Part shown: piece by piece, positions 8,834 to 18,198 of the stretch | Position numbering within the stretch: position 1 is the stretch's first letter | Layout: every line of letters begins with the position of its first letter | Assembly (NCBI GenBank): GCA_029564175.1 | Contig: JAKQQL010000293.1 | Span: 1-26,682, forward strand | Origin: Candidatus Cloacimonadota bacterium | GTDB taxonomy: Bacteria; Cloacimonadota; Cloacimonadia; Cloacimonadales; WRIO01 | Direction: 5' to 3' | DNA: 26,682 nucleotides | The notes under the pieces: generated by a model | The model's database searches: none | What the model was told of the DNA's origin: nothing | What the model saw: only the letters and a program-made list of their open reading frames with translations | Position numbers and translations under genes: made by a program

Positions 8834-11800
8834 TCAGGCATAGTAAATATGTAGCTTATCTCCCTGATATTCATAACTCAACCTTTTTAATGGCCATGAG
8901 TTTTGTATAAAATGAAAAGCCTGGGCTTTTACTGAATATGGAGTATGTAATTTTAAATCAGAATCATGAACTTCTAACTCTGTGAGTGCATTGCCACAAA
9001 TAATATTCAGAATTTCAGAAAGGCATTGTTGTTTCATAGACTCGTTTTCTTCATTTAAAGAAGCATCTTTGAGCATTTTTTCAAAAGATATGTCCATAAT
9101 GGATGAGCCTGTAGTCAAAATGATGATTCTTGATTTATTACCTTCCAGCTTGATACAAGAAGCATAATCGAGTAAATCGTTTTGATGATCTGAATCCATT
9201 TTATGTAATTGAATACCAGTCTGTTCTAAATAAAATTGTATCAATATCTGTTCAATTGTCTGTTCAAATATTGTATCTTGTTGCAAAGAAGAGGGAGTAT
9301 AAATATATGGCAGTTTGATGACAAAACAGGTGCCTGTATTCTGTATGGTATTTACTGTGAGTGATCCTCCAAGCTTTTCAATTTCCTGCTTAACAGCTGA
9401 GAGTCCGATACCTCTGCCTGAGATGTCAGTAATCTGATTTTTTGTGCTGAATCCCGGATAGAATATTAATGGGAGGATTTCTTCATCAGACAACAGATCG
9501 GGATTTTTTGACTGGTTTTTACAAATTACAGACTGGAGTATCTCATAAAATTCCAGATCTTCCTGATTTATTTTTTTTAACAGATTTCGGATTTTTTCTA
9601 AATCAATGCCTGCGCCATCATCATTTAGTTCAATTGTGAAACAATTTGCTTCTGTTTTAACATGACAGCAGATATTGCCTGCTTCAGATTTAAACCCATT
9701 TTCTAAACGTACATCAGGATACTCGATACCATGATCGATCATGTTTCGGAAAATATGGGTGAGAGTCTTTATGAATGAGGCATAGATGTCATAATCTAGA
9801 AATACATCATCTCCAGTTACAACTAATGGATTGATTAACTTATCCAGTTTATCTGCGAGTTGATCTATGTAATCAGAATATGAATAAATAATATCTTTGA
9901 TATTAGAGTATCTTAGTTTTCTGATTTTAGCAAGTAACAATTCAGAATCTTTCTCTGAAAAGATTCGAATGATATCATTCTCAATCTCAAGGATTTTCTT
10001 TTTATCAACTAAGACAGTCTCTTTCTCATCAAGTAGATTTTGGCCTGTTCTATCACAGATTGTTTTGATTTCATCATCAATCCAGTCATGATAGGGAAAA
10101 CTGACAAGAGATTGGTAAATCTCTTCAGCCGATCGTTGTCCCTGATGATTAAGAAGCGTTGTCAGTATATCTTCAATGCCCATGAGGTGCTCTGCAAGAG
10201 ACATCATGCTCCATTGGCTGAAATCTCCTTTAAATGTATGTACCTGACGAAAAACCTGATGAACTCTTTCCTGAAGATTCAAATCATTAAATAGAGTTTC
10301 TTTTAAACCCTCTGTAAAAAAATCCTGATATTCTTTTACTGCTTTTTTAAGAAGAGATGAATCAGAAATGGCTTTTACTACCATCTTAAGGATGTTTTTT
10401 TCTTTCTCCATTTCTTTTTCAAGTGCTATCTTATCACTAATATCCGTAATGACAACCATGATTTTTTCATTTTCAATATCGGGAATCATTTTGTAATCTA
10501 GTTTGATATATTTGTCGTCAAAATGACATTCCTGGGGTAAAAGGTCTAAAAATGTAGTTTTTCTATCATATAGATCCGTATTGAAAATAGCATTGATTAC
10601 TATTCTATTATCTTCTTTTTCTTCTTCAGTCAGATGACTAAACACTAATTCTACGAAGTCTCTTTGACTGATATCTGACTTAAAAATATGTAAGCATTCT
10701 TTACTGAATTCATTGTTAATTAACAAGTTCTGGTTAAAGGTTAAAAAGCCTTGTCCTGCATAGTCTAAAAGGTTTTTAATACTCTTTGTCTTTTCATTGA
10801 TTTTTCTTTTTAAAGATTCGTTATATTGTTTTTGGAGTTGCTCAGCTGTTTTCCTTTCAGTAATGTCTTTTACCGTACCAACAAGCGCTTCATTATTGTT
10901 AAGTGTAAATAATCCTGCACTTAACAAGACAGGGATTTCTTTGCCATCATGATGTTTTGCCTGTAATTCATATTCTGTTTTTACTTGTTTTCCATCAAAA
11001 ATCATCTGAATCATCTGATTGATTCTTAAAGTATCTTTCTCAGAAATGATTTTAGATAAATGATGATTGATAATATCGTCAGCTTGCATTCCAAAAATAG
11101 ACATGAAAGATTTATTAACATATTGAATCACATCGTTTTGTATAATGAAAACACCATCATGAAGGTTATCGACCAATGTACGAAATTTTTCTTCAGACTG
11201 CTCAATATTGGAATATAACTTTGCTGTTTCAAGAGAAGAGGCAAATTGAACCGCAATAAGCTCTAGAAGTGATAGTTTATTTTGAGAAAAAGCTTTTTCA
11301 ATGTACTGATTTTCAAGATATAAGACACCTTGAATTTGATTTTTCCAGAGGATAGGCATACATAGAAATGATTTGATTTTATACTTATTATAATAGACCT
11401 CACTAAGTGAGTATTCGCTTGTTTGAACTACATCGCAGATGATACTTTTTTCTTCATTGATGGTTTTTTTGATAACAATGTGTGGTATGTCTTGAACATT
11501 ATCAATATCAGGGCTGTTGTGGATAAAGAAGTCAGAAGAGTCAGGAGTTGTTATTGCCTTTAAAACAAATTGTTCCTTTTCTTTTAAGCATAATATAGCC
11601 TTTCCAGCTCCCGCATTCTGCATAATCAGGCTTGTTAACTTTTTTAAAAGATTTTCAATATTTACTTCACCGGAAATGACTTTATATGTTTTTAAGATGG
11701 AATCTGTTTCAAAATAGGCTTTATCTTTGTATGAAAGAACATTTTCTGAATATCCTTTCTTGTTTAGGTTTACTTCTTTTATCTCATCAGGATATTTTTC

Positions 11801-14800
11801 TGTTAATTGTCTTTTTTTATTGAAACCATGCCAACGATCATATAACTCCATACAACTTGTCAGTAGAACTGATGAAAATTGATTTAAGCCTTTTTCAAAA
11901 TATAATTGCGCAAAATATTCTTTAACCAGCGCTTCTTCATAAATAAAACCTGATCTGGCAGATAATTCAATAGATTTAGCGTAAAACGATTCTGCCTTTT
12001 CGTAGTGTTTTAATAATCTGTGCTTTTCTGCTTCAATTAAGTAGTATTTATTCATAAAGTTGTCTGGATTGAGCAATGCTCTGTTATATAGGATTTTTTG
12101 GTTTTTTTGGATGGTTCTGACAATTTGCTGGAGAGGAATCTTCATGTCGTTTTTATTCATATTTATCAAAATCAGAGAATGATAAAAATGAAAATAAAGC
12201 GTGACCACTGATCCTGTTCTGGCTTCAATGTTTTCTTGTGCTAAATGGCAATACTGATATGCTTTATCGTATTCTCCAAAAAAGACCCCTAATATCATTT
12301 TAATTAGACAGAAGTCAAATACAGCTGTTTTATTTTGTTGTTTAATGAAATCGTCCAATATATCTTTCTCTTCAAAGAAATGGCCATTTAATGAAAATGG
12401 GTCATTATTACTGTGATAGAAATTTAAAATTGCCTGAAGCCATAATGCATTTCTAAGAAAAATCTGTTTTTGTTTATGAGTATGAAGCATAGTGCTGAAT
12501 TCATTTACTTTTAACATCAAATGATCAAGGTTTTCTCCATTTAAAAAAGCCATATAGGTATAAGTTACTGCAGAATTAGCTGAATATTCAAGATCACTCA
12601 TTTCTTGTGCATTTTTTTGAGCATTTAAAAGCAAGGGAAGTGATTTTGATAAAGGTAATTTCCATGGCAGAATAAACGCAGCAAGTGTGAAGACTGTTTT
12701 AGCGCTGTGTTTTACCAGATTGTTTTTCTCAATGAGTTTTAATGCCTGATTGCCAATATGAAAGCCTTTTTCAATTGCATTCATTTGACCGCATAGAATC
12801 ATAGCATATCCTGTAATAAAATGGATTCCTTCAACTGGACTCTCTTCTCTGATGAGTCGTAACGCCCTAAAAATTATAATAGCAAGCAGATAGGGTTTGC
12901 TGATATAAGTGCTGACACTCATTAAAAGCATGATATTGATGATGGGTTTATGAATTGACGTATTATTGATGATAATATCCTGCCATGAATCATCTGAAAA
13001 ACCAGATAAAAAATGTTTGCATTTTAAAAATTCATAAATAACCTGAGCTTTGCCTGGCTTATCAGGTAAATTGAGCCCAAGTAGTTTCAACGCTTTTAAT
13101 CCGGTTTTTATAGATAAATCCAGCTCATTGGCTGCCAGTAGTGTTCTAATTTTTAATTCAAGAAATCTTACCTGATCAATTGCCTGATTTGCATGTAGTA
13201 ATCCTTTTTCGATAATTAACTCAAGTAAATTTTCTTCGTTAAACAGGATTGCCAAATCAGCTGTGTCTATTAGGGTTTGAATAATGTTTTGTTGAACATC
13301 ACTGGCTTTAACTAAATCAGATAAATAAGGAGATACTGCTGTTTTATAATATTCAAATGCCTGATTAAAATCAGCATTTGATTTACATATTTCAGCAGCT
13401 TGTTTATTGAAATGATAATGAAGCGAATCATAATTAGGTATAAGGGAGATGTCTTTAATCTGATTGATATGCCAGGCTGATTTAAAAATTTGCATATCGG
13501 ATAAAACATAATCTGTTGAATAAAGATTATCCTGATATGGCTGTGAATAGTATCTGTATAATGCCAGATGATTCAAATCTTTGGCTTTTGGATCTAGTTC
13601 AAGATAACAGGCTTCAGCAAATTGAGGATGGGTAAATTCAAACTGATTTTCATTTTCAGCTATAATATAGTAACGGATAAACTCATTTATGATCAGAATT
13701 TTCAAATGTTTGCGAAGATAATCTTGTTCATTATTACTTACTGCTGTTAAGCATTCTATGTCAAAAACATGTCCTATACATGAGCATAAGAAAAGTGTAT
13801 TTTTTACTTCCTGATCGAGGTTATCCAGCTTGTTGAAAATTAAGTTAACAACATTAGTCGATAATTCCAATGAATGAAGTCTGTCAGTGTCGCAGACATA
13901 AAGTTCTATATCATAATCCAGATGAATGATGTTTTCAAGAAAACAATTTTTTAAAATGAGATCAAGAAAATACGGATTTCCCAGAGTTTTCTGATACATG
14001 AGTAAAGCGATTTCATTAGCCTCTTCATAAGACCACAGAAATTTTTCACTTAAAATGATACTTATTTCTTCAAGTGATAAATCAGCTGGTTTAAACTGAA
14101 TTACTTCTGCCTTTACTTCACAAGAATTAAGACTACCGTCAAATAATGGGGGATTATCTAGTGGAGAATCTGTCTGATATTCATAAAAAAGACAGAAGTA
14201 ATTCAAATCATTTGATAAAATGCAATAATTTAAGAATTCCAGCGTATCTGTTCCGGCTAATTGTGCATTTTTTAAAAAAATAACCAATGGTTTTTCACGT
14301 TTTGGTAAGAGAGAGAATAAGTCTTTTAAACTTTGAAGATATCTTTGTCTGCTTTCTTTTACAGAAACCGGTCTTAAAGATTCTGTTTGTTCTGTGATGT
14401 CCTTGAAACCAACGAATATATCATTTAATACACTTGTATTCTCTCCTAACTTTTCTGAAATGGTCTTTTTCCATTTATCGATACTACCACTTGAAAAAAG
14501 GATATAATTAACTATTTGAGACAAAATATCAGAAAGAATTGATTGAGATCCTTTATTGTTGTATGCTAAAAAATCAGCTTGAAGAAAGAGGCAATTATGC
14601 TCATTTATGTAGTATTTGAAAAGTTCATCACATTTTTGGTTGATGATTTTTCCAAAATGAGAATATACAATACATAAATGTGCTCCGTTATTGATCTTAA
14701 AGAAAAAATGATCAAGTCCCTTTGCATTGGAATCACTAAGAAAATTAGAAAAATCATCTGAATTTGAATAGGAGTAGTCTTCAAGCGCTATTTGGAATTG

Positions 14801-15619
14801 TGGAATTTCATTTTCATCAGTTAAAACAAAGCGACATTTTTCAAAATCTTTTTTCAATCCGATTATAGTCTGATAACGGTCAGTAGGCGCTTTTGCTATC
14901 ATTTTCATAATGATAGTAGAAAGCATGACCGGTATTTTAAGGTTTTTCTCATGTGGAGGTATCGCCTGAATGGCGATATGAGAGTGAATTAACTCAGAGA
15001 TGTCTGTATGAATAAATGGTAAAGTCCCTGTAAGCATTTCATAAAAAGTGATGCCTAATGAGTAAATATCTGTGCGAAAATCTTGATTTACATTGAAGTG
15101 ACCCGTTTGCTCTGGGGCGATATATTCACAGTTACCCTGGATGTAATTATATTTGTTTGTAATTGAGTTATTTGCTTTGTCAGAAAAACCGAAATCAATT
15201 ATTTGTAACAGGTTCTCGTCTTCATTGATGATGATGTTATAAGGATTAATGTCTTTGTGTATAATCCCAAGGGAATGAATTGCTTTAACCCCTTCGATAA
15301 TCATTAATGAGAAATCTAAAAAGGTTTGTGTTTTGAGTTTTTTTACTTCAAGATATTGATGTAACGATATACCATTGATGTCTTCTAGAATCAGATAACA
15401 TTCATCCGCTTCTGTATGGAAATCAATCGCTTTAATGATGTAGGGCGAGTCAATCTCGCTGAGCAGTTGATATTCATTTTTAAGTTTTTCTGAAAAATCT
15501 TCCAGAAGATTTGAACTGCTCTTAATGATAACAGACTTTTGATCTTCTTTTCTCAGGGCTCTGACAATTTTACATGACTGACTTTCGTATATATTCTCAA
15601 GAATCTGATAATTATTCAT
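8834..15619 (-). CDS. Hybrid Ser/Thr kinase - AAA/TPR - GAF - PAS - PAS - HPt - CheA-like histidine kinase - CheX-like protein
   Basis: Kinase motifs VIIK, IHKDINPYN, IIDFG, YIAPEQTG, DIYSLG. 'GNPYF' and 'FEFTH' motifs of the STK-AAA-sensor family. GAF 'SFLCMPI...GVLYLEN...AFS'. PAS 'SEEKFRTLVDNLHDGVF...KDITERK' and a second PAS 'LLDYAGQGFLTF'. HPt 'FRQVHTFKG'. CheA-type N/G/F boxes 'HIFRNMIDHGIE', 'DDGAGID', 'IFYPGFSTK...SGRGIGL'. C-terminal 'SEILNIICGNA'. Confidence 0.9.
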   Translation of the reverse strand: MNNYQILENIYESQSCKIVRALRKEDQKSVIIKSSSNLLEDFSEKLKNEYQLLSEIDSPYIIKAIDFHTEADECYLILEDINGISLHQYLEVKKLKTQTFLDFSLMIIEGVKAIHSLGIIHKDINPYNIIINEDENLLQIIDFGFSDKANNSITNKYNYIQGNCEYIAPEQTGHFNVNQDFRTDIYSLGITFYEMLTGTLPFIHTDISELIHSHIAIQAIPPHEKNLKIPVMLSTIIMKMIAKAPTDRYQTIIGLKKDFEKCRFVLTDENEIPQFQIALEDYSYSNSDDFSNFLSDSNAKGLDHFFFKINNGAHLCIVYSHFGKIINQKCDELFKYYINEHNCLFLQADFLAYNNKGSQSILSDILSQIVNYILFSSGSIDKWKKTISEKLGENTSVLNDIFVGFKDITEQTESLRPVSVKESRQRYLQSLKDLFSLLPKREKPLVIFLKNAQLAGTDTLEFLNYCILSNDLNYFCLFYEYQTDSPLDNPPLFDGSLNSCEVKAEVIQFKPADLSLEEISIILSEKFLWSYEEANEIALLMYQKTLGNPYFLDLILKNCFLENIIHLDYDIELYVCDTDRLHSLELSTNVVNLIFNKLDNLDQEVKNTLFLCSCIGHVFDIECLTAVSNNEQDYLRKHLKILIINEFIRYYIIAENENQFEFTHPQFAEACYLELDPKAKDLNHLALYRYYSQPYQDNLYSTDYVLSDMQIFKSAWHINQIKDISLIPNYDSLHYHFNKQAAEICKSNADFNQAFEYYKTAVSPYLSDLVKASDVQQNIIQTLIDTADLAILFNEENLLELIIEKGLLHANQAIDQVRFLELKIRTLLAANELDLSIKTGLKALKLLGLNLPDKPGKAQVIYEFLKCKHFLSGFSDDSWQDIIINNTSIHKPIINIMLLMSVSTYISKPYLLAIIIFRALRLIREESPVEGIHFITGYAMILCGQMNAIEKGFHIGNQALKLIEKNNLVKHSAKTVFTLAAFILPWKLPLSKSLPLLLNAQKNAQEMSDLEYSANSAVTYTYMAFLNGENLDHLMLKVNEFSTMLHTHKQKQIFLRNALWLQAILNFYHSNNDPFSLNGHFFEEKDILDDFIKQQNKTAVFDFCLIKMILGVFFGEYDKAYQYCHLAQENIEARTGSVVTLYFHFYHSLILINMNKNDMKIPLQQIVRTIQKNQKILYNRALLNPDNFMNKYYLIEAEKHRLLKHYEKAESFYAKSIELSARSGFIYEEALVKEYFAQLYFEKGLNQFSSVLLTSCMELYDRWHGFNKKRQLTEKYPDEIKEVNLNKKGYSENVLSYKDKAYFETDSILKTYKVISGEVNIENLLKKLTSLIMQNAGAGKAILCLKEKEQFVLKAITTPDSSDFFIHNSPDIDNVQDIPHIVIKKTINEEKSIICDVVQTSEYSLSEVYYNKYKIKSFLCMPILWKNQIQGVLYLENQYIEKAFSQNKLSLLELIAVQFASSLETAKLYSNIEQSEEKFRTLVDNLHDGVFIIQNDVIQYVNKSFMSIFGMQADDIINHHLSKIISEKDTLRINQMIQMIFDGKQVKTEYELQAKHHDGKEIPVLLSAGLFTLNNNEALVGTVKDITERKTAEQLQKQYNESLKRKINEKTKSIKNLLDYAGQGFLTFNQNLLINNEFSKECLHIFKSDISQRDFVELVFSHLTEEEKEDNRIVINAIFNTDLYDRKTTFLDLLPQECHFDDKYIKLDYKMIPDIENEKIMVVITDISDKIALEKEMEKEKNILKMVVKAISDSSLLKKAVKEYQDFFTEGLKETLFNDLNLQERVHQVFRQVHTFKGDFSQWSMMSLAEHLMGIEDILTTLLNHQGQRSAEEIYQSLVSFPYHDWIDDEIKTICDRTGQNLLDEKETVLVDKKKILEIENDIIRIFSEKDSELLLAKIRKLRYSNIKDIIYSYSDYIDQLADKLDKLINPLVVTGDDVFLDYDIYASFIKTLTHIFRNMIDHGIEYPDVRLENGFKSEAGNICCHVKTEANCFTIELNDDGAGIDLEKIRNLLKKINQEDLEFYEILQSVICKNQSKNPDLLSDEEILPLIFYPGFSTKNQITDISGRGIGLSAVKQEIEKLGGSLTVNTIQNTGTCFVIKLPYIYTPSSLQQDTIFEQTIEQILIQFYLEQTGIQLHKMDSDHQNDLLDYASCIKLEGNKSRIIILTTGSSIMDISFEKMLKDASLNEENESMKQQCLSEILNIICGNALTELEVHDSDLKLHTPYSVKAQAFHFIQNSWPLKRLSYEYQGDKLHIYYA

Positions 15620-15699
15620 TTAATACCTGTCATTATCTAATGAATGTATGCGTAACGATTGATTTTGTTAAAATGATTGTCTGACATTTGATCTGATAA

Positions 15700-16065
15700 T
15701 TATTTGCCTGCGACTATGTTATCTATGACTTCTTTGACTTTTATGTCTTCAAATGGTTTTACAATGAAATATTTAGCCCCTGCATTGATTGCCTGAACAA
15801 CATCTTTTTTTTGTTTAAGCGCACTGACAATAACTATCGTTGCATCAGGAAATTGGTTTATAATTCGCTCTGTAGCTTCAATCCCACTTAATTCAGGCAT
15901 CGATATATCCATCGTTACAATATCTGGTTCATGTTCCTGATATTTTTTCAAAGCTTCATGTCCATTACTTGCTTCTCCAACAACTTCATGCCCTAACTTA
16001 GTTAATAAAACTCTCAAGTTTCTTCTCATAATGATTGAGTCATCAACGATAAGAATTCTTGCCAT
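15700..16065 (-). CDS. cheY: Single-domain CheY-like response regulator
   Basis: 121-aa receiver domain: ILIVDDS, phosphoacceptor in 'PDIVTMDISMP', 'VSA', 'VKPF'. AAAGGGGGG RBS upstream. The symbol reflects family resemblance, not a demonstrated chemotaxis role. Confidence 0.85.
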   Translation of the reverse strand: MARILIVDDSIIMRRNLRVLLTKLGHEVVGEASNGHEALKKYQEHEPDIVTMDISMPELSGIEATERIINQFPDATIVIVSALKQKKDVVQAINAGAKYFIVKPFEDIKVKEVIDNIVAGK

Positions 16066-16147
16066 TTTCCCCCCTTTAATTAGATTATTCTATTATCAAG
16101 AGTAATTTTATCTTAATTATTACTGACTCTCCAGTATATAAAAAAGT

Positions 16148-16176
16148 ATCATATCATTTATATGCATGAATGTCAA
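16148..16176 (-). promoter_or_regulatory. Sigma70-type promoter for the cheY/hybrid kinase operon
   Basis: On the minus strand: TTGACA (16176-16171), 17 nt, TATGAT (16153-16148), with an extended -10 TG. Confidence 0.65.
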
Positions 16177-16263
16177 ATCTTTTTTTGAATAATCTTCATA
16201 ATGACCATAAAACTACATGAGTAAATTTGATTAGGGTATTCAACGGTCGAAATTAATCAATGC

Positions 16264-18030
16264 TTATACTTCTTCGCAGTAAGACAATTCCCAACCATGA
16301 AAAACAATGATTACTTTTTTCAGACTGACTTTGCCATAAGGTGGCAGACCCAGCATCTGACGGGCATATTCATCTTCGGAGTATTGATCTAGTTGCTTAG
16401 AAGCTTCTTGTATCTTTTGTTGTAAGAGATCATCAAAATCTTTGTCTTTGACACTTCTTTTAATATATTTCAGTTCGATGAGATAAGCATATTGTATTTC
16501 TCTGTATTTGATATAAAAAGGCTTTAGAATCAGGTCGGCATAGCCTTTATTCATCTTTTCTTCTGATGCTGAGATATAGAAATCGTAGATGTTCAGGTAA
16601 GATAAATAGAAGGTCTTCACGATGTTTTCGCCATCAATGAAGTCTCTGAGCGAACTCTGTTTTTGGATTTCACTCTGGATAAACTCAAAGGCTGGTTTGA
16701 ATGTGCCTTTGAATGCCATGTCTCTGACTAACAATAGTAATTCATAAATATCCATAGAGAAATCATACGCTTCTTCAAATGAGCTTCTGATGTATTCAAA
16801 TATCATCTGTTTGATTGTTTCATTGGGGATGCATAAAAAAGGGAGACTGGTGGCTGGTTTATTGGAATAAGTCAATAATCCAAAGAAATAGAGTAGTGAG
16901 ATGAAATTCTCTTTGTGGGTGATTTTATCAAATGGAAAGCTGGTTCTGATATTTGATTCAATGCCATTGTCTCTGATAATCTCTGAAAGTTTTTGGAAAT
17001 TGCCGTTTAACTCTCTATCTTTAAGAATCAGGTAACGGAGTTTGCCATAGTCCATACGCAGATTGTCGTCAATGAGATTATCTGGTATCTTCTTAGAACG
17101 GATTGCCTTGTTTACAAAATATAAGATTGCATCAGGGTTATGAACACTATTGGTTGCTTCAGCTGAAAAGATATAATGGTCATACCATTTTTTGATGATG
17201 CTCATTGCTTCAATTTTATCAATCTTTAACTCTCCTACAGAGATATAGTAGTCTAAAATATCATTCACATCTTTTTCTGTAAAACCTAACAATTCATTGA
17301 AGGTAATATCTGTCGATATATTGTCTCCGATATTAAACCCGCTAGTTACATCATCCATGGTAACAGGGGAGACTCCGGTGATAAACATTCTGGCAAGCCC
17401 AGATCCAGTGCCGGATGTCAGTAATTTCAGATTAGTAAAGAATTGTTTGAAATAGCCTGCCTGTCTGGTAATTCTTTTATATTCCCCTTCACCAAAATCA
17501 GTGAGTAAGGTATTGGTAAAATTGTCGTATTCATCGATAAATAGGTAGATTTTATAATCATGCTCGCGAAGTCCGCTTGCCAGAATATGTAGCTTTTCAT
17601 GTGCTAAATCGGTTTGGTTCATGAGATCACTTACATTCTGAGGAATATAATCTTTGTATTTTCTTGTAAAAGTATTGATTTCTATCAGGCAGTAATTGTT
17701 AAAGTCATCTTGTACTTTGTCTTTATCTTTCAAGATTGCAGAAAAGTTGAAGTATAAAGTCAGATATTTCCCTCTTTCTGCTGTTGGATTTTCTTGTATC
17801 CAGGTATCATGATACATCTCTTCAAATTTTGGCTTGTAACTGATGTCATAATATGCCTGTAATGTACTTAATAAAAGAGATTTGCCAAATCGACGGGGTC
17901 TGATGAGAAAGATAAATGGAGTCTCTTCGATAAGAGGGATAAACATTGTTTTATCAACATAATAGTCATTCTGTTTATTTACTGTCTCAAAGTCTGATTT
18001 GCCATAAGGTATTCTTTTTATCATCTCCAT
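16264..18030 (-). CDS. AAA-ATPase-like protein with C-terminal PD-(D/E)XK nuclease domain (AAA-ATPase_like + PDDEXK_9/DUF1703 type), copy 1
   Basis: N-terminal 'IPYG.SDF...YYVDKT', Walker A 'RPRRFGKS', Walker B 'IDEYD', 'FITGVSP', C-terminal 'GYADL...IELKY'. AAGGAG RBS. Confidence 0.9.
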   Translation of the reverse strand: MEMIKRIPYGKSDFETVNKQNDYYVDKTMFIPLIEETPFIFLIRPRRFGKSLLLSTLQAYYDISYKPKFEEMYHDTWIQENPTAERGKYLTLYFNFSAILKDKDKVQDDFNNYCLIEINTFTRKYKDYIPQNVSDLMNQTDLAHEKLHILASGLREHDYKIYLFIDEYDNFTNTLLTDFGEGEYKRITRQAGYFKQFFTNLKLLTSGTGSGLARMFITGVSPVTMDDVTSGFNIGDNISTDITFNELLGFTEKDVNDILDYYISVGELKIDKIEAMSIIKKWYDHYIFSAEATNSVHNPDAILYFVNKAIRSKKIPDNLIDDNLRMDYGKLRYLILKDRELNGNFQKLSEIIRDNGIESNIRTSFPFDKITHKENFISLLYFFGLLTYSNKPATSLPFLCIPNETIKQMIFEYIRSSFEEAYDFSMDIYELLLLVRDMAFKGTFKPAFEFIQSEIQKQSSLRDFIDGENIVKTFYLSYLNIYDFYISASEEKMNKGYADLILKPFYIKYREIQYAYLIELKYIKRSVKDKDFDDLLQQKIQEASKQLDQYSEDEYARQMLGLPPYGKVSLKKVIIVFHGWELSYCEEV

Positions 18031-18046
18031 AATCTCTCCTTATGTC

Positions 18047-18075
18047 ATAATTGCAGGTACTAAAAATATTGTCAA
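18047..18075 (-). promoter_or_regulatory. Putative sigma70 promoter of AAA-nuclease copy 1
   Basis: Minus strand: TTGACA, 17 nt, AATTAT with an extended TG. Conserved in the duplicate at 20875-20903. Confidence 0.5.
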
Positions 18076-18140
18076 GCAGGAATGTAGGAGAAATAATGTG
18101 ATTGCTATCTGATAAAAAAATAAATTGATTTTGTTTTTTC

Positions 18141-18168
18141 TTGACATATTATTAAGAATCACTATTCT
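18141..18168 (+). promoter_or_regulatory. Putative sigma70 promoter of the GIY-YIG gene
   Basis: TTGACA (18141-18146), 16 nt, TATTCT (18163-18168). Divergent from the copy-1 promoter. Confidence 0.45.
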
Positions 18169-18198
18169 GAATAAAAATAAGTAACAGTGAGGTTAGGT

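Noticed and set aside
8834..16065. Conventional chemotaxis operon
   Set aside because: No CheW domain, MCP, CheR or CheB is present in the window, and the CheA-like module is fused to an STK sensor.
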